From Eledone cirrhosa (Eukaryota): a stretch of 64,000 nucleotides of DNA. The position numbers and the translations under genes are program-made. How positions within the stretch are numbered: position 1 is the first letter of the stretch; every line of letters begins with the position of its first letter. Shown piece by piece: positions 39,711 to 54,306 of this stretch. The stretch lies in the NCBI GenBank assembly GCA_964016885.1, contig OZ024761.1, positions 1,240,001 to 1,304,000 of the forward strand, given 5' to 3'. The notes beneath the pieces are model-generated. The model was not told where the DNA came from. It saw only the letters and a list, made by a program, of their open reading frames with translations, and did no database searches.

Positions 39711-40135
39711 GCCACAACAGCTTTAAAAAAAAATAAGACACAAGTTGAAGAGTAAATTTCATCCATTCACTCATCCACCCATCTAGATATATAATATATA
39801 TGTGTATATATATAAATATCCAGTTTAATATAGAAATAAATTCTACAGGGCTAGAACTGTTTCATTCGAAAGAAATCATTTTTATTTTTTCGAATGAAAC
39901 AGTACTAGTCATGTAGAAGCCATTTCTATATTAAACTTGATGTTTACACTCTACTAATATACTAAGTACTTACCCACTGTGGTTACCTCTGATTGAACCT
40001 CTGACTTACACATATATATATACACACATACATATGTATGTATATAGATACATATATATATATACACACATATGTATGTATATATATATAGATATATATA
40101 TACACACACACACATATGTATAGTATATATGTATT

Positions 40136-40193
<58 letters not shown>

Positions 40194-40591
40194 TGTATAG
40201 TTTATATGTATGTATATATGTATATATATATATATATATATACATACATGTTTCATTGACACTATAAAACAAGGCATGACTGTATACAGAGACCGATAAA
40301 CAGGAATCTTATATTGGTCACTTGATCTGCATGAAATAGAAACCAAATCTTCCTCAGATCTCACCCTACAATTTTGAAACAAAAACAAAAACAAAAAAAA
40401 CCCAAACGAACAGACAGACAATGATTTTCGTCCCTGATTTATATTAAATAAAACAACAAAACCCAACAGGATGGCCACGATTGGAACGCTGTTGGTCTGC
40501 TTCCCTTGGGTTGATATGAAGCTAATATCAACAACACATCTAATCAGCAAACACACACAAACAGCCAAATGATTGGAGACATGGTGTACGA

Positions 40592-40770
<179 letters not shown>

Positions 40771-40776
40771 TATATG

Positions 40777-40872
<96 letters not shown>

Positions 40873-40882
40873 AATATATATG

Positions 40883-40978
<96 letters not shown>

Positions 40979-41016
40979 CATATATATGTATATACATATA
41001 CATGTATATATACATG

Positions 41017-41069
<53 letters not shown>

Positions 41070-41279
41070 GTATGTGTGTACATATATTTACGCATACATG
41101 TAATGTATGTTTATTGACACATGTGGATGTTACATTTACCAGTTGCTTCTACACACCTGTATTATATATTGATATATAAATATAAATATATATGTATAAA
41201 TATGTTTACCATTATTATTTCTCTGTTTTCCTATGCATTATTTTATAGATATGTCTGTTCACATCTCATCTACACACTC

Positions 41280-41310
<31 letters not shown>

Positions 41311-41311
<1 letters not shown>

Positions 41312-41660
41312 ATGGAGGCACATGGCTTAGTAGTTAGAGCATTGGCCTTGCAATCGAAAGGTTGTGAGTTCAATTCTCAGACCGGGTGATGTGTTGTTTC
41401 CTTGAGCAAGACACTTTATTTCACATTGCTCCAGTTTACTCAGCTGTAGAAATGAGATGATAGGGACTGGGGTCCATATCATTCCACTGCAAAGTGGTCG
41501 TGGAGGTGCCACGGCAAAAAAAAAGCACCCAGCACTCAGTGTAAATGAGGTTGGTGTTAGGAAGGGCACCCAGCTGTAGAAATCAAGCCAGTATCAATTC
41601 CCGTCCCACCCTTGCAAGCAGGGAAAAGTGGACGTAAAATGAAATGATGATGATGATGAT
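41311..41660 (+). mobile_element. tRNA-head SINE fused to an RTE 3'UTR/tail
   Basis: tggcttagtagttagagc (A box), gagttcaattc (B box), cttgagcaagacact core, then aaaagcacccagcac…ggaagggcacccagc and a (GAT)n tail matching family C. Confidence 0.75.
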
Positions 41661-41916
41661 GAAATGATATATGTGTGTGTGTATGTGTGTGTGTGTGTGT
41701 GCAGAAAGTTCAGTAAGTCCGAAGAAAACTGGTGAGAGTACCAAAGTCAGCACTCAATGCAGAGTAGAGTGTATATAATAAGAAAAAAGTGGAGGTGTTA
41801 CATAGGATATTTATTGCTAAATCTTGGTTACAAATGTTTCTCAAGCAATCAGCTTGTGATCTGGGTTGGCACCCCAGACTAGACTCCAAGTCTGCCTGAT
41901 TTTTGTTGTGTTAACA

Positions 41917-42004
41917 CTGGTCTGAGGATCAGGCAGACTTGAAGACTGGTCTGGGGTGCCAACCCAGATCACGAGCTGGCTGCTTGAGAATCATTTGTAA
42001 CCAG
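41917..42004 (+). ncRNA. Type-I hammerhead motif with an inverted partial copy at 41825-41900
   Basis: CTGGT-CTGAGGA-TCAGGCAG…CTGCTTGA-GAAT-CATTTG-TA-ACCAG. The inverted copy retains GAAAC but lacks CTGAGG. Confidence 0.7.
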
Positions 42005-42361
42005 AAGGCGATGACACAGGACCGAGACCTCTGGTGTTACACACTAATACAGAAGATCTGACTTCCCACGGGTACAAACCGAAGCTGCAAAGTGGTCATG
42101 GAGGTGTCACAACAAAAAAGCACCCAGCCTACATTGTAAAGTGGTTGTGTAGGCACCACAGTAAAAAAGCACCCAGCACTCACTGTAAATGAGGTTGGTG
42201 TTATGAAGGGCATCCAGCTGTAGAAATCAAGCCAAAATCAGTTCCCATATGAGCAAGACAAGGTCACCCGACCTGGCATTGCCCACAACAGGACAACCCA
42301 TCTAACCTATGCTAGCATGGAAGAATGGACGTAAAACGGTGATGATGATGATGATGATGAT
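42005..42361 (+). mobile_element. RTE 3'UTR fragment with (GAT)n tail
   Basis: Homologous to 58348-58645 and 62420-62794. Confidence 0.8.
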
Positions 42362-42400
42362 TGAGCACTAACTCTCCTATGTAAAACACCTCCACTTTGC

Positions 42401-42432
<32 letters not shown>

Positions 42433-42452
42433 TATATATATTATATATATAT

Positions 42453-43064
42453 ATTCAGCACAGCATCTCTCCACTCATCACGGTCCTTCGTCATCTCCAC
42501 CGTGAGCTTCAATGATCTGAGGTCTGTTCTCACCACCTCCGCCCATGTTTTTCGTGGTCTACCTCTACCACGTCTTCCTTCACCTATCGGTCATCCTCCA
42601 TGCGCATCACATGTCCATACCACCTCAGTCTCCTCTCCCGTACACTACATTCTATCCCTCTCAGACACAGTTTCTCTCTCAACACATTTATGCTGGGTCG
42701 TTCACGCACATTTACACTGCACATCCAACGAAGCATGCTTGACTCATTTCTCTCCAGCCGTCGCATATCCTCTGCAGTTGCTGCCCATGTCTCACTACTA
42801 TGCAGCATCGCGCTCCTCACACAGGCATCATACAACCGGCCTTTCATACGCAGGGAGAAACCCTTCTTCGTCAACAGAGGAAGGAGCTCCCTAAACTTCT
42901 TCCAACCCATCCTATTCTAGATACTATGGCCTCGGAACACCCTCCTCCCATGCTAATCTGATCTCCTAGGTACCGGAAGCTATCCACCACTTCTATAGCG
43001 CCCTCCTGCATTTGAAAAATGTGTCTATCAGTGCGACTTCTACTGTCTAATTTCCCTGTACATC

Positions 43065-43067
<3 letters not shown>
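42453..43067 (-). mobile_element. RTE family C fragment
   Basis: ORF 42584-42910 is nearly identical to 18705-19030. Confidence 0.95.
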
Positions 43068-43113
<46 letters not shown>

Positions 43114-43489
43114 TTCTCGTCATCACCATTAATCATCATACTCATCATTTTACATTTACTTAATCTTCCAAACTATATTTTTTCCAGCCTATGTCATTCG
43201 AGACATCTGGGGGAGGGAGCTGAGCTGCTGACAATGAAGTTCTTGTCATTGATGGTGGCTTGCCTTTACTGATGAACCAGATGTTGCTCCTGGTGAGGGT
43301 ACTTAGTTGTACCAACACCTTAGCCTAGCCTTGCCATCACCAGCAATAATATTGTGTGTGTTGGCTTGCCTCAGAAATTATTAGAGGGGAACTGCAGCAC
43401 CCCTTGTTGTGATATGTGATTGAATGTGAATGTCTTCAGCCTTATCATTTCTGTTTGTTTTTAGTACTGTATATAATAATAATAATGAA

Positions 43490-43748
43490 AATTATTGTTC
43501 AGTGCTCAGGTGCACTACAACCCACCAAAGGTGCATGTATAGTACATAGAATAATGTACAAATGTCAGGGAAGTGAACAGTGTATGAGTCGTGATATACA
43601 CACAGATACATGCGTGCATATATACGGTGGCAGAATATCAGGTGTAGTGTTGGCTAATTTCAAGAAGCATGGAAGTTTTGAAGGATGCAGTGTCCTGACA
43701 GCTTACGACTGATGCAGTAATTTGTTCCATGCTTCAGCAACTCTGAGT
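43490..43748 (-). mobile_element. CR1/L2-like LINE 3' end remnant
   Basis: Minus strand LRVAEAWNKL resembles the RV..xWNxLP C-terminal motif of CR1-group ORF2. Confidence 0.5.
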
Positions 43749-43789
43749 GTTCCATGCTTCAGCAAATCACAGCTTCAAGACTCAGTCAT

Positions 43790-44620
43790 CAGAAGAAGGG
43801 AGGTTGGTATAAGAGCCAAACTTGCTATCTTTAATTTGATGTTCATGCTTATCCTTACCTATGGTCATGAATCTTGTGAACTGGCCAAAAGAATACAATT
43901 GTGAATACAAGCAGCTGAAATGGGTTTCTCCAAAGAGTCTTTGGAGTAACATTACTAGATATGGTGTGTAGCTCGGAAATCAGGGAGTCACTCCAGTTAG
44001 AGCCACTACTTCTTTGCATTGAGTGATCGCAACTCCAGTTCCATGAATATGGGGTTAGGATGTCTTGGGAAAGAATTGCTGAACAGATTTTATTGGATTT
44101 AATGTGCACGAGAGAAGACTGTACTGTTATGAACATGTGATGCACATGGAAGATAGCAGCTGCATAAGAAATGCAAAGAAACCCCAGTGGCTGGGACCAG
44201 TGGAAGAGGCAGACCAAAGAAGATATGGAATGAGGTTGTGAAGACCAACCTTAAAAAAGTAAACTTCATTACACAAATGACTAGAGACTGCGCGGACTGG
44301 CACTATGAGCTGCTGAAGAAAACCCGACCTGCAGCATACAAAAGTGACCTGACTTGATGGTAAAAGCACTCAGCCATGGAGGGCACATGCCAAGCAAAGG
44401 GTCAGGAGGATCCTTCAGTTGTGTCAAGGTCATGTCAACCTCCCTAATGCTTGGTGACCTACATGATAAACATACTCAGTACATGCTGTAAAGTGATTGG
44501 TGTTGGGAAGGGCATCCAGCCGAATAAAGCCTCCCTAACAAAGTGTTGGGAGCACCCTCAGTTGTGTCAAAGGCATGGTAACCTCCCCTGTGCACTTGGT
44601 GGAACGTGAGACTGTACATA
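43790..44620 (+). mobile_element. Highly degenerate RTE fragments plus 3'UTR
   Basis: ILTYGHES, GRGRPKKIWNEVVK and ggaagggcatccagccg motifs. Confidence 0.7.
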
Positions 44621-44737
44621 AGCAAGACACAGATCCCTAACCTATCTGGGAGATCAGTGGCCCTGCTTCAGAACTGACTTTGTCTTATAAGCTGGGCATA
44701 TAAACCCTGAAGATGGAAAACATTTATGTACAACACC

Positions 44738-44997
44738 TACAGGTGTGGCCTAGTGGTAAGGGTGTTGGACTTACAATCATAATGTTGTGGGTTCGATTCC
44801 TGGACTGGGTTGCGTGTTGTGTTCTTGAGCAAAACACTTCATTTCGTGTTGCTCCAGTATACTCACCTGGAAATGAGTACCAACAATAGCTGGGTGTTTA
44901 ACCCTGCGATGAACTGACGTCCTGTTCAGGGGAAGAGTCTTGTACTCTGTCACTTCACACCATGAAACCAGGATAATCACCGGCCTAACGAGCCCTC
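44738..44997 (+). mobile_element. tRNA-derived SINE (second family)
   Basis: A box TGGCCTAGTGG, B box GGTTCGATTCC, cttgagcaaaacact core, ccctgcgatgaactgacgtcc tail. Confidence 0.8.
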
Positions 44998-45001
44998 TGG
45001 C

Positions 45002-45214
45002 TTAATTCTTTAGCCTTTAAACTGGCCATATCCGGCCAGAATTCTCTCACCTCTTTCTGTTCAAACTGGACATCACTGGCCACTCATACTGACATCAAGG
45101 TATTGTTCTCAATATAAATAATATCATCAAAATCTCATAGATTCCATATTATGCAAGATAAAGCCTTTACCATGAAATTGTAATAGTAGAATAATGTAAA
45201 TACTGAAGGATTAA
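45002..45214. mobile_element. TTAA-flanked MITE (piggyBac-like)
   Basis: ttaa-ttctttagcctttaaa … taaatactgaagga-ttaa: imperfect TIRs with TTAA on both sides. Confidence 0.5.
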
Positions 45215-46118
45215 GACAGACTTTAGACTTTAGACCCACAGGCAGTGCTGTACAAAATTCTTTCCATCTTCATTATTTATATGCCTAACTTATAAAACTG
45301 TTTTTCATAGTCAAATAATATTGATGCTTCTTTTCAATATATAATTCGTAAATAGATTTATTTATAAGTGTGTTAATTTTCAACATGTCTGCCTTCACTC
45401 CATAGACAAACAGTGAAGCTAGTCCAAACCAGAAATATATTTTTTAAATAATTATTATTATCAGTAGTTATGTTTTGACTAATATTAATTATTCTAACCA
45501 CTGACAATTCCTTAATAGTACAGAGTTTTGTTTTATTGAATGAAAAACAGTTTTTTATTTTTTGTTGTTTTGTTATTTTGCATGTTGCCATAAATTAAAA
45601 TAAAGTGGAATAAATTATTCATTTCTTTAAAATAAAACACAAATAAAATCAACAGAAAATGAATAAATGATTGCAATAAATTTTTTGATTTACTATCATC
45701 ATCATCATCATTGTCGACACCATCATTATCATCATCATCATAACCATCATCATTGTCGTCGGACGTTTTGTGACATAGAGTTACGTCCCTTTACGTCCCG
45801 AGTTCAAATCTTGCTGGGATAGCTTTGCCTTTCATTCTTACAGGAGTCAATAAAATAAAGTACCAGTAATGCATTGGGGTTGATTTAATCAACTTTCCCT
45901 TTCCCATCAAATTGCTGGCTCTGTGCCAAATGTAGAAACAAGTATTAAGATATTACCTTAACATATGATCCCTAGATAAAATAATATTGAAAGAGTTTTA
46001 TTTAAATAGAAGCCCTTTTAAAATGATAGGGGTTTGATTCATGGAACCTGGGCTGATTTTTAGAATGAAAAGCGTTAAAGGCAGTGCCTCACCATGGCTG
46101 CAGTCTAATGATGTTGAC

Positions 46119-46294
46119 CAGTGCCCAGATATATCATTGTACTTAGGTATGCACAGGGCCTCGCTTGGCCAGGTTGGGACCTATCTTCCTGCCCCAAAAA
46201 TGTTTTACAATGAATTTTTCAAATGTCAAACATTCAAAGGGGCCTCATAACTTAACTATAGCACAGGGCATCATTTGTCCTAAATCCGGCACTG
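46119..46294. mobile_element. Possible hAT-derived MITE
   Basis: Ends CAGTGCC…GGCACTG; flanking 8-mers atgttgac/actgtgac match only partially. Confidence 0.4.
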
Positions 46295-46590
46295 ACTGTG
46301 ACTAGTGAAAGAATATGTACTGAGATTCATATAATCAACTGAATCATAGCAGTGCCCCAGCATGGCCACAATCAAATGACTGAGACCAGTGAAAATAAAT
46401 ATATATATATATATATATAAATAAAAGAACAAATAAGCTGAAGAATAAAAGAAGGCAAGCTTAAGCCAGGTTTCATTTTACATTATACATAAAGCATTAA
46501 TAAATGAACAAGCAATGGTGGTTGGGCTCTCAGATAACATTGGCTTGCTCAAATATTTCTGATAAAATAGCGTTATTATGTGTGTGTATA

Positions 46591-46645
<55 letters not shown>

Positions 46646-47491
46646 CTGTGTGTGTAAGTGTGCATTGTGTATTTGCATATACAGTTTATATATAATATGT
46701 ATATATATATATATGTGTATATATATATATACATATATAAATATATATATACATATATTACATATATATATATATATATATATATACAAATATATATATA
46801 TACAATATATATATATATATATATACATATACAAATATATATATGTATACATATATATGTGTATATATATATATGTATACATATATATGTGTATATATAT
46901 GTATATATATATATATGTGTATGTATATATACATATATATATCTGTGTGTGTACATGTGTATATACACATATATGTGTGTGTGTACATGTATATATACAC
47001 ATATATATGTGTGTGTATATATATATATATGTATGTGTGTGTATGTATGTGTTAGTTTAAGGTAACCAGCTGAACACAATCAACATTAAATATTCAGCCA
47101 GCAATAAGCACCTCAGCTGAATCCATTTACTGTTTTCTGACGGTGTATGACTGATTGTTTTTTAACTATATACACCAATACAAGAGACCAAACTAGAAAT
47201 TTAGAATTCTAGAACAATCTTCGAAAGAGCAGATTACATGAAGAGATAAACCATCAACCCTCCGTGGTCATGTGTTACTCCTTTCCCACCCCTCGCTTTT
47301 AGTGTCACTTGGACTAACCCACATCCAACCATAGTTGTTCATATGATTTTATTTACCTCCTTTTTATGTGACCTCATGATTCTCATTCTTTCCATATATA
47401 TAAATAAATATATATATATATATATATATAAGAGGGTGTTAAAGTTTGCTTGAAGCATTGTGAAATGTGTAAAAATACGTATTTAAATACG

Positions 47492-47537
<46 letters not shown>

Positions 47538-47572
47538 GTAATTCCGTCGGAAAGGTCCTGGAAAAAAGAGTG

Positions 47573-47611
<39 letters not shown>

Positions 47612-48284
47612 TATGTATACGTACATACATATATGTATACAGACGTGAGCGAGACACAGTCCCCCCCGGCCATTCACGCATCAAATGGAACAAAACCGTC
47701 TAACCCATGTTAGTGTGGAAGAAGGACGTTAAACGATCATGATGATGATATATATATATATATATATATATTTCCTTAATTTGCAGGCAGTGAACTGTCA
47801 TTCTTCGTCGGAGTGTTAATCCTGTTTGGCCAATGTAGTTCATGGCAATGCTTACATGTTTTATATGTGAGGTTTTTCATATTTTGTCCTTTAGTAGGGT
47901 AGGTAGGTTTAGTTGTATGTTTGTGTAGAGTTCTGTGTTCGCACACAGGCATCATACAGCCGTCTTTTTGCATGTAGGGAGAAACTTTTGTTGTCAACAG
48001 TTGGAATAGCTCTCTAAACGTCTTCCATCCTGTCCTTATTCGAGTTATGCTGCATCTCAATTTCAAGAATTGCCACCACCTGGTCCTCCTCTCACACTTG
48101 GGTAGCACGAACAGGATTCTTTAGCCCTACCAAAGGTTTACACTTCTTTCTGCATATGCAACAGTGATGAACATTGCTTCCACTTTGGTTCCCTGTTTTG
48201 TTTTCAAATGACATAGGGGTCCACAAGTCAAGGTACATTGTTTCCACACTTTTGAGAGGAGAAAATGCCAAAGAGACCATCTAT

Positions 48285-48800
<516 letters not shown>

Positions 48801-49108
48801 ACCAACAGCAACATCCACCCACCCATATATCCACCCATCCAACCAATCACCCATGCAATCAGTGTGCGCCCCCCACTCCCGTCTTCCCTCCTACCCCTCC
48901 AGTGTTGCTATGACAACCCTGCCTATTATTATGCATAAATTATGGGGTTGTGCAATTTGTGAAACTTTTTCTGACGTTTTTACTGAGTGGATCTTTGAAT
49001 TATATATGACCACACACACACACATACACACACATACACACACACATACACGCACATACATGCACACATTAATATGCTTTATGTGTGTTTGCATCTATAT
49101 ATAAGTAT

Positions 49109-49246
<138 letters not shown>

Positions 49247-49427
49247 ATATATATATATATTTGTATATATATATATATATAAATATATATAAATATATAT
49301 TATACATATAAATATATATATACATATATAAATATATATATACATATAAATATATATATGCATATAAATATATATATACATATATAAATATATATATATA
49401 TATACATATAAATATATATATATATAC

Positions 49428-49458
<31 letters not shown>

Positions 49459-49811
49459 CATGTTTATACATATGTACATACATATATACATGTACATATA
49501 TATATACATGTACATATATATACATATAAATATATATACATATATATATATATATTTATGTATATATATATATATATATAAACACACACATATATATAAT
49601 ATATAAATATACATACCTGAATATATGTAAATATATATTATTATATATATATATATATATACATAGTTATATATATGTACATATATTATATATACATATA
49701 TTATATATACATATATTATATATATATATATGCTCATATATATATATTTCTTTGTTTTATCGTTGGACAAATGCTCTGTTGCTAACGGGGGAGGGCAGGG
49801 CTACTACTGGT

Positions 49812-50021
49812 GACACAGACACACATACACTCTCACAAACACACTCACATATACACACATATGCATACACACTGTCACACACACATGTACACAATCACAC
49901 ACAGACATACAAATGCTTATATGCAATCACCCTTTCCTCCCACACACACGCACAGTCACTGACACACACACACACATGCAATCATTCATATACTCACTCA
50001 CATACACACACATATATATAT

Positions 50022-50054
<33 letters not shown>

Positions 50055-51150
50055 CACACATATATATATATATACACACATACAGATATATACACACACA
50101 CACACATATGTATATATATACACACACACACATATATATATACACACACACACATATATATATATACACACACACACACACATATATATATATACACACA
50201 CATATATATATATACACACACACATATATATATATATACACACACACATAATATATATATACACATATATATATACACACACACATATATATATACGCAC
50301 ACACATATATATATACACACACACATATATATATATACAGACACACATACAAAAGCTTACACAAAATCACACAAACACAAACAGTCACACATATACATGC
50401 ATACACCTCACATGTGCACACAAATGTACACACATGCACCTGCACATACACACATATACATACACACATATATACACAAATTTATACACACATATACATG
50501 CACACACATGTACACACATACATCTGCACATACACACATGTACATGCATACACCTGCACATACACACATGTACAAACAGATACATACACACTCATACATG
50601 TACACAGATACACACGTATGCAGTGAGAATACATACAGACACACATACACATACATGTACATGCACAGATGTATACACACATACATATACATGCATACAC
50701 CTGCACATACACACATATACAAGCAGATACATATGCACTCATACATGTACACAAATGTATATATACACACACACACATGTACACAGATATATACACATAC
50801 ACACACACATACATGTATACAGATGTACACACACACACACATGTACACACATTTATACACACACTCACACACATACATGTACACAAATTTATATACACAA
50901 ATGTATATACACACACACATACATATATACATGTATACAGATGTATATGTGTGTGTATATATACACACACACACACACACACATGTACACAAATTTATAC
51001 ACACACTCACACACATACATGTACACAAATTTATATACACATACACATACATGTACACAAATGTATATACACACACATACATATATACATGTATACAGAT
51101 GTATACATACACACACACACACATATATGTATACACACATACACACATGT
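49812..51150. repeat. Degenerate (CA/TA)n low-complexity tract
   Basis: Directly visible. Confidence 0.9.
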
Positions 51151-51315
51151 TCAGTGAGAATACATGCATTAATAAAACATCCACTGGAAATGCCACCCCA
51201 TCTATAATAATTGCTGGATCTTCAGCAAGGATGTGAGGGGCTTGGAATGGGGTCTTCATTAACTATGTATAATTTAATGCATATTCAAGTGGAGTCGCAG
51301 AAATTTTGCAAACAT

Positions 51316-52320
51316 GTGGTGGTGGTGGCGGTGGTGGTGGTGGTGGTGGTAGTTGTGGTGGTGGTGGTGGTGGTAATTGTGTTGTTGTTGGTTGTGATGG
51401 TGTTGGTGGTGTTTGTGGTGGTGGTGGTGGTGGTGGTGGTGGTGGTGTTGTTGTTGGTTGTGGTGGTGGTGGTGGTGTTTGTGGTGGTGGTGGTGGTGGT
51501 GGTGGTGGTGGTGGTGGTGGTGTTGTTGTTGGTTGTGATGGTGTTGGTGGTGTTTGTGGTGGTGGTGGTGGTGGTGGTGGTTGTGTTGGTGGCGGTGGTG
51601 GTGGTGGTGGTGGTGGTGGTGGTGGTGGTAGTTGTGGTGTGGTGGTGGTGGTGGTGTTGTTGTTGGTTGTGATGGTGTTGGTGGTGTTTGTGGTGGTGGT
51701 GGTGGTTGTGGTGGTTGTGATGGTGTTAGTGGTGGTGGTGGTGGTGGCGGTGGTGGTGTTGGTGGCGGTGGTGGTGGTGGTGGTGGCGGTGGTGGTCGTG
51801 GTGGTGGTGTTGTTGGTGGTGGTGTTGTTGTTGGTGGTGTTTGTGGTGGTGGTGGTGGTGGTGGTGGTTGTGATGGTGTTAGTGGTGTTGGTGGTGGTGG
51901 TGGTGGTGGTGGTGGTGTTGGTGGCGGTGGTGGTGGTGGTGGTGGTGGTTGTGGTCGTGGTGGTGGTGTTGTTGGTGGTTGTGTTGGTGTTAGTGGTGGT
52001 GGTTGTGGTGATGGTGTTGGTGGTGTTGGTGGTGTTGGTGGTGGTTGTGATGGTGTTGGTGGTGTTGGTGGTGTTGGTGGTGGTGGTGGTGGTGGTGGTG
52101 GTGGTGGTGGTGGTGATGGTGTTGGTGTTGGTGGTGGTGGTTATGGTGATGGTGTTGGTGGTTGTGGTGATGGTGGTGGTGGTGGTGGTGGTGGTGATAG
52201 TGTTGGTGGTGGTGTTAGTGGTGGTGGTTGTGATGGTGTTGTTGTTGTTGGTGGTGGTGGTAGTGGTGTTAGTGGTGGTGGTTGTGATGGAGTTGGTGGT
52301 GGTGGTGGTGGTGGTGATGA
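51316..52320. repeat. (GGT)n/(GTT)n trinucleotide tract
   Basis: Directly visible; similar tract at 60225-61140. Confidence 0.95.
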
Positions 52321-52361
52321 TAAATATATGTGTAGTGGCCTACACATATATATATATATAT

Positions 52362-52969
52362 GGTGGCTGGCAACTCGTTTTCGAGTACGGCCACTACTTT
52401 ATATCCATGTAGGATAACTCCTACCGATGCGCTGAACGAGTGTGACTTTTTAGTCCAGCCAGCGACTTGAAAACTCTGGTACAAACACTACACTTGTGGC
52501 AATTATTGACACATAGTGCTGGGGCCATGGTACCATGTGACGACAAGTGCAGAGAGATCTCCAGATATAAAGCAATGGCTGTGCCGTGAAGCTTTTATAG
52601 TAAGCAAAGGCACTGCACAAAGCCAGTCCCACTCTCTTAACCAAGATGATATTTACCAAAAAGAAGAACATGTCAACATCATTGGATACCATCAGAGTTG
52701 CAGGTGTTATATCAGAGTTTTCCTTCTCCTAGAATTCTGCCTTGACAAAGGCTAAGGGGTCATCTCTCCCGGTGATTTTGGATGGCCATTGACTTTTAAG
52801 AGCTCCTTTGCCCTTTGACAGGTTTTGTTTTTAGTCCTGCAGGATGTCCAAAGTCACCCTCCTCACCAAGAAACCTTGGTGGGGTTGCCAGTTTAGTCGT
52901 CAACGACCCGACCATGGGACAGGTTGTACTGGGATACATGTTACCAGTAGCACCAACTGGTGACCTGAC
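52362..52969 (-). mobile_element. Full-length bipartite RTE-derived element
   Basis: Same sequence and ends as 10110-10718. Confidence 0.85.
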
Positions 52970-52977
52970 ATACATAC

Positions 52978-53120
<143 letters not shown>

Positions 53121-53149
53121 ATATACAGATATATATATATATACAGATG

Positions 53150-53247
<98 letters not shown>

Positions 53248-53290
53248 TATATATTTATTAAAATAACCGGGAGAGATGATTATTACTATA

Positions 53291-53350
<60 letters not shown>

Positions 53351-53552
53351 AATTTTAGTACAGCATTAACAAAGCTTTAGATCGCGGCCAAGCTAACGAA
53401 TGCAAATTCGGTATGTAGCTTTAGCACTCGGATGGGGAAAAAAAGTACCCCAGAGTAATAACAATACGTTTAGACAGCTTAGCAAATCAAATATAGCCAT
53501 CGGCAGTCCAGCCGCATCACCAGAGCAACGAAAATACAGGACTCAGGAAGAG

Positions 53553-53617
<65 letters not shown>

Positions 53618-53623
53618 AATAAA

Positions 53624-53808
53624 TAATTGTTTCTACTTTAGGCACAAGGCCAGCAATTACCCAGTGCATTACTGGTACTTTATTTTATCGACCCCGTAAG
53701 GATGAAAGGCAAAGTCAACCTTGGCGGGATTTGAACTCAGATCATAAAGGGACGTAACTATGCTGGAAAGCATGGCGTCCGATCCTCTACCGATACTGCC
53801 AATCCACC
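53624..53808 (-). mobile_element. tRNA-related SINE
   Basis: Reverse complement of the 24843-25030 type. Confidence 0.85.
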
Positions 53809-54257
53809 AACAGGTAGCCATCATAAAAAGGTAATTTATTCTGTGTGCTTACAAATGTTTCCACGGTGGTTATACAGCCTAGTTATGCTATGTGCAAATT
53901 TATAACTATTTGCAAAACTCAATTATCAAATGCTGTGACCACTGTATCCTCAGAGCAGAATGGTTAAAATGTACAATGTAAATACCCTTAAGTGAGGTTA
54001 TTGGGGAAGATAGAGTAGAAAAGAAAGAGAGAAAAGAAGGGGAGAGGGAGAGAGAGAGAGAGATATGCAGGGGTTGGAGAAATGGGAGAGAGTGGTTTGT
54101 AGATATCTTAATCAAAATGTTGTGGTAGGGGTTTTATTATACTGATTACTCTTAAAGCGACCACCTTAAGCGATGCGTTAATAGTCAAGGTTGGAATTAT
54201 TTATTGCCACAGCGGGCAGGTTCATAGATGTGGAGAGGGAGGGAGGTGGACCTAGGG

Positions 54258-54306
<49 letters not shown>

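Noticed and set aside
40245-40365. Minus-strand CTGAGGA…GAAACATGTA
   Set aside because: No stem I or stem II pairing found
43268-43315. CTGATGA-ACCAG…CTGGT hairpin
   Set aside because: Followed by GAGG rather than GAAA, with no stem I or NUH fit
44738-44810. Possible tRNA gene
   Set aside because: A/B boxes are present but there is no complete cloverleaf or oligo-T terminator; it continues into a SINE body
51306-52417. Gly/Cys-rich structural-protein-like ORF
   Set aside because: (GGT)n tract open in all frames, with no signal peptide or splice support
53455-53530. Minus-strand CTGGTGA…TAAACGTA hammerhead-like string
   Set aside because: Two core mismatches and no stem I
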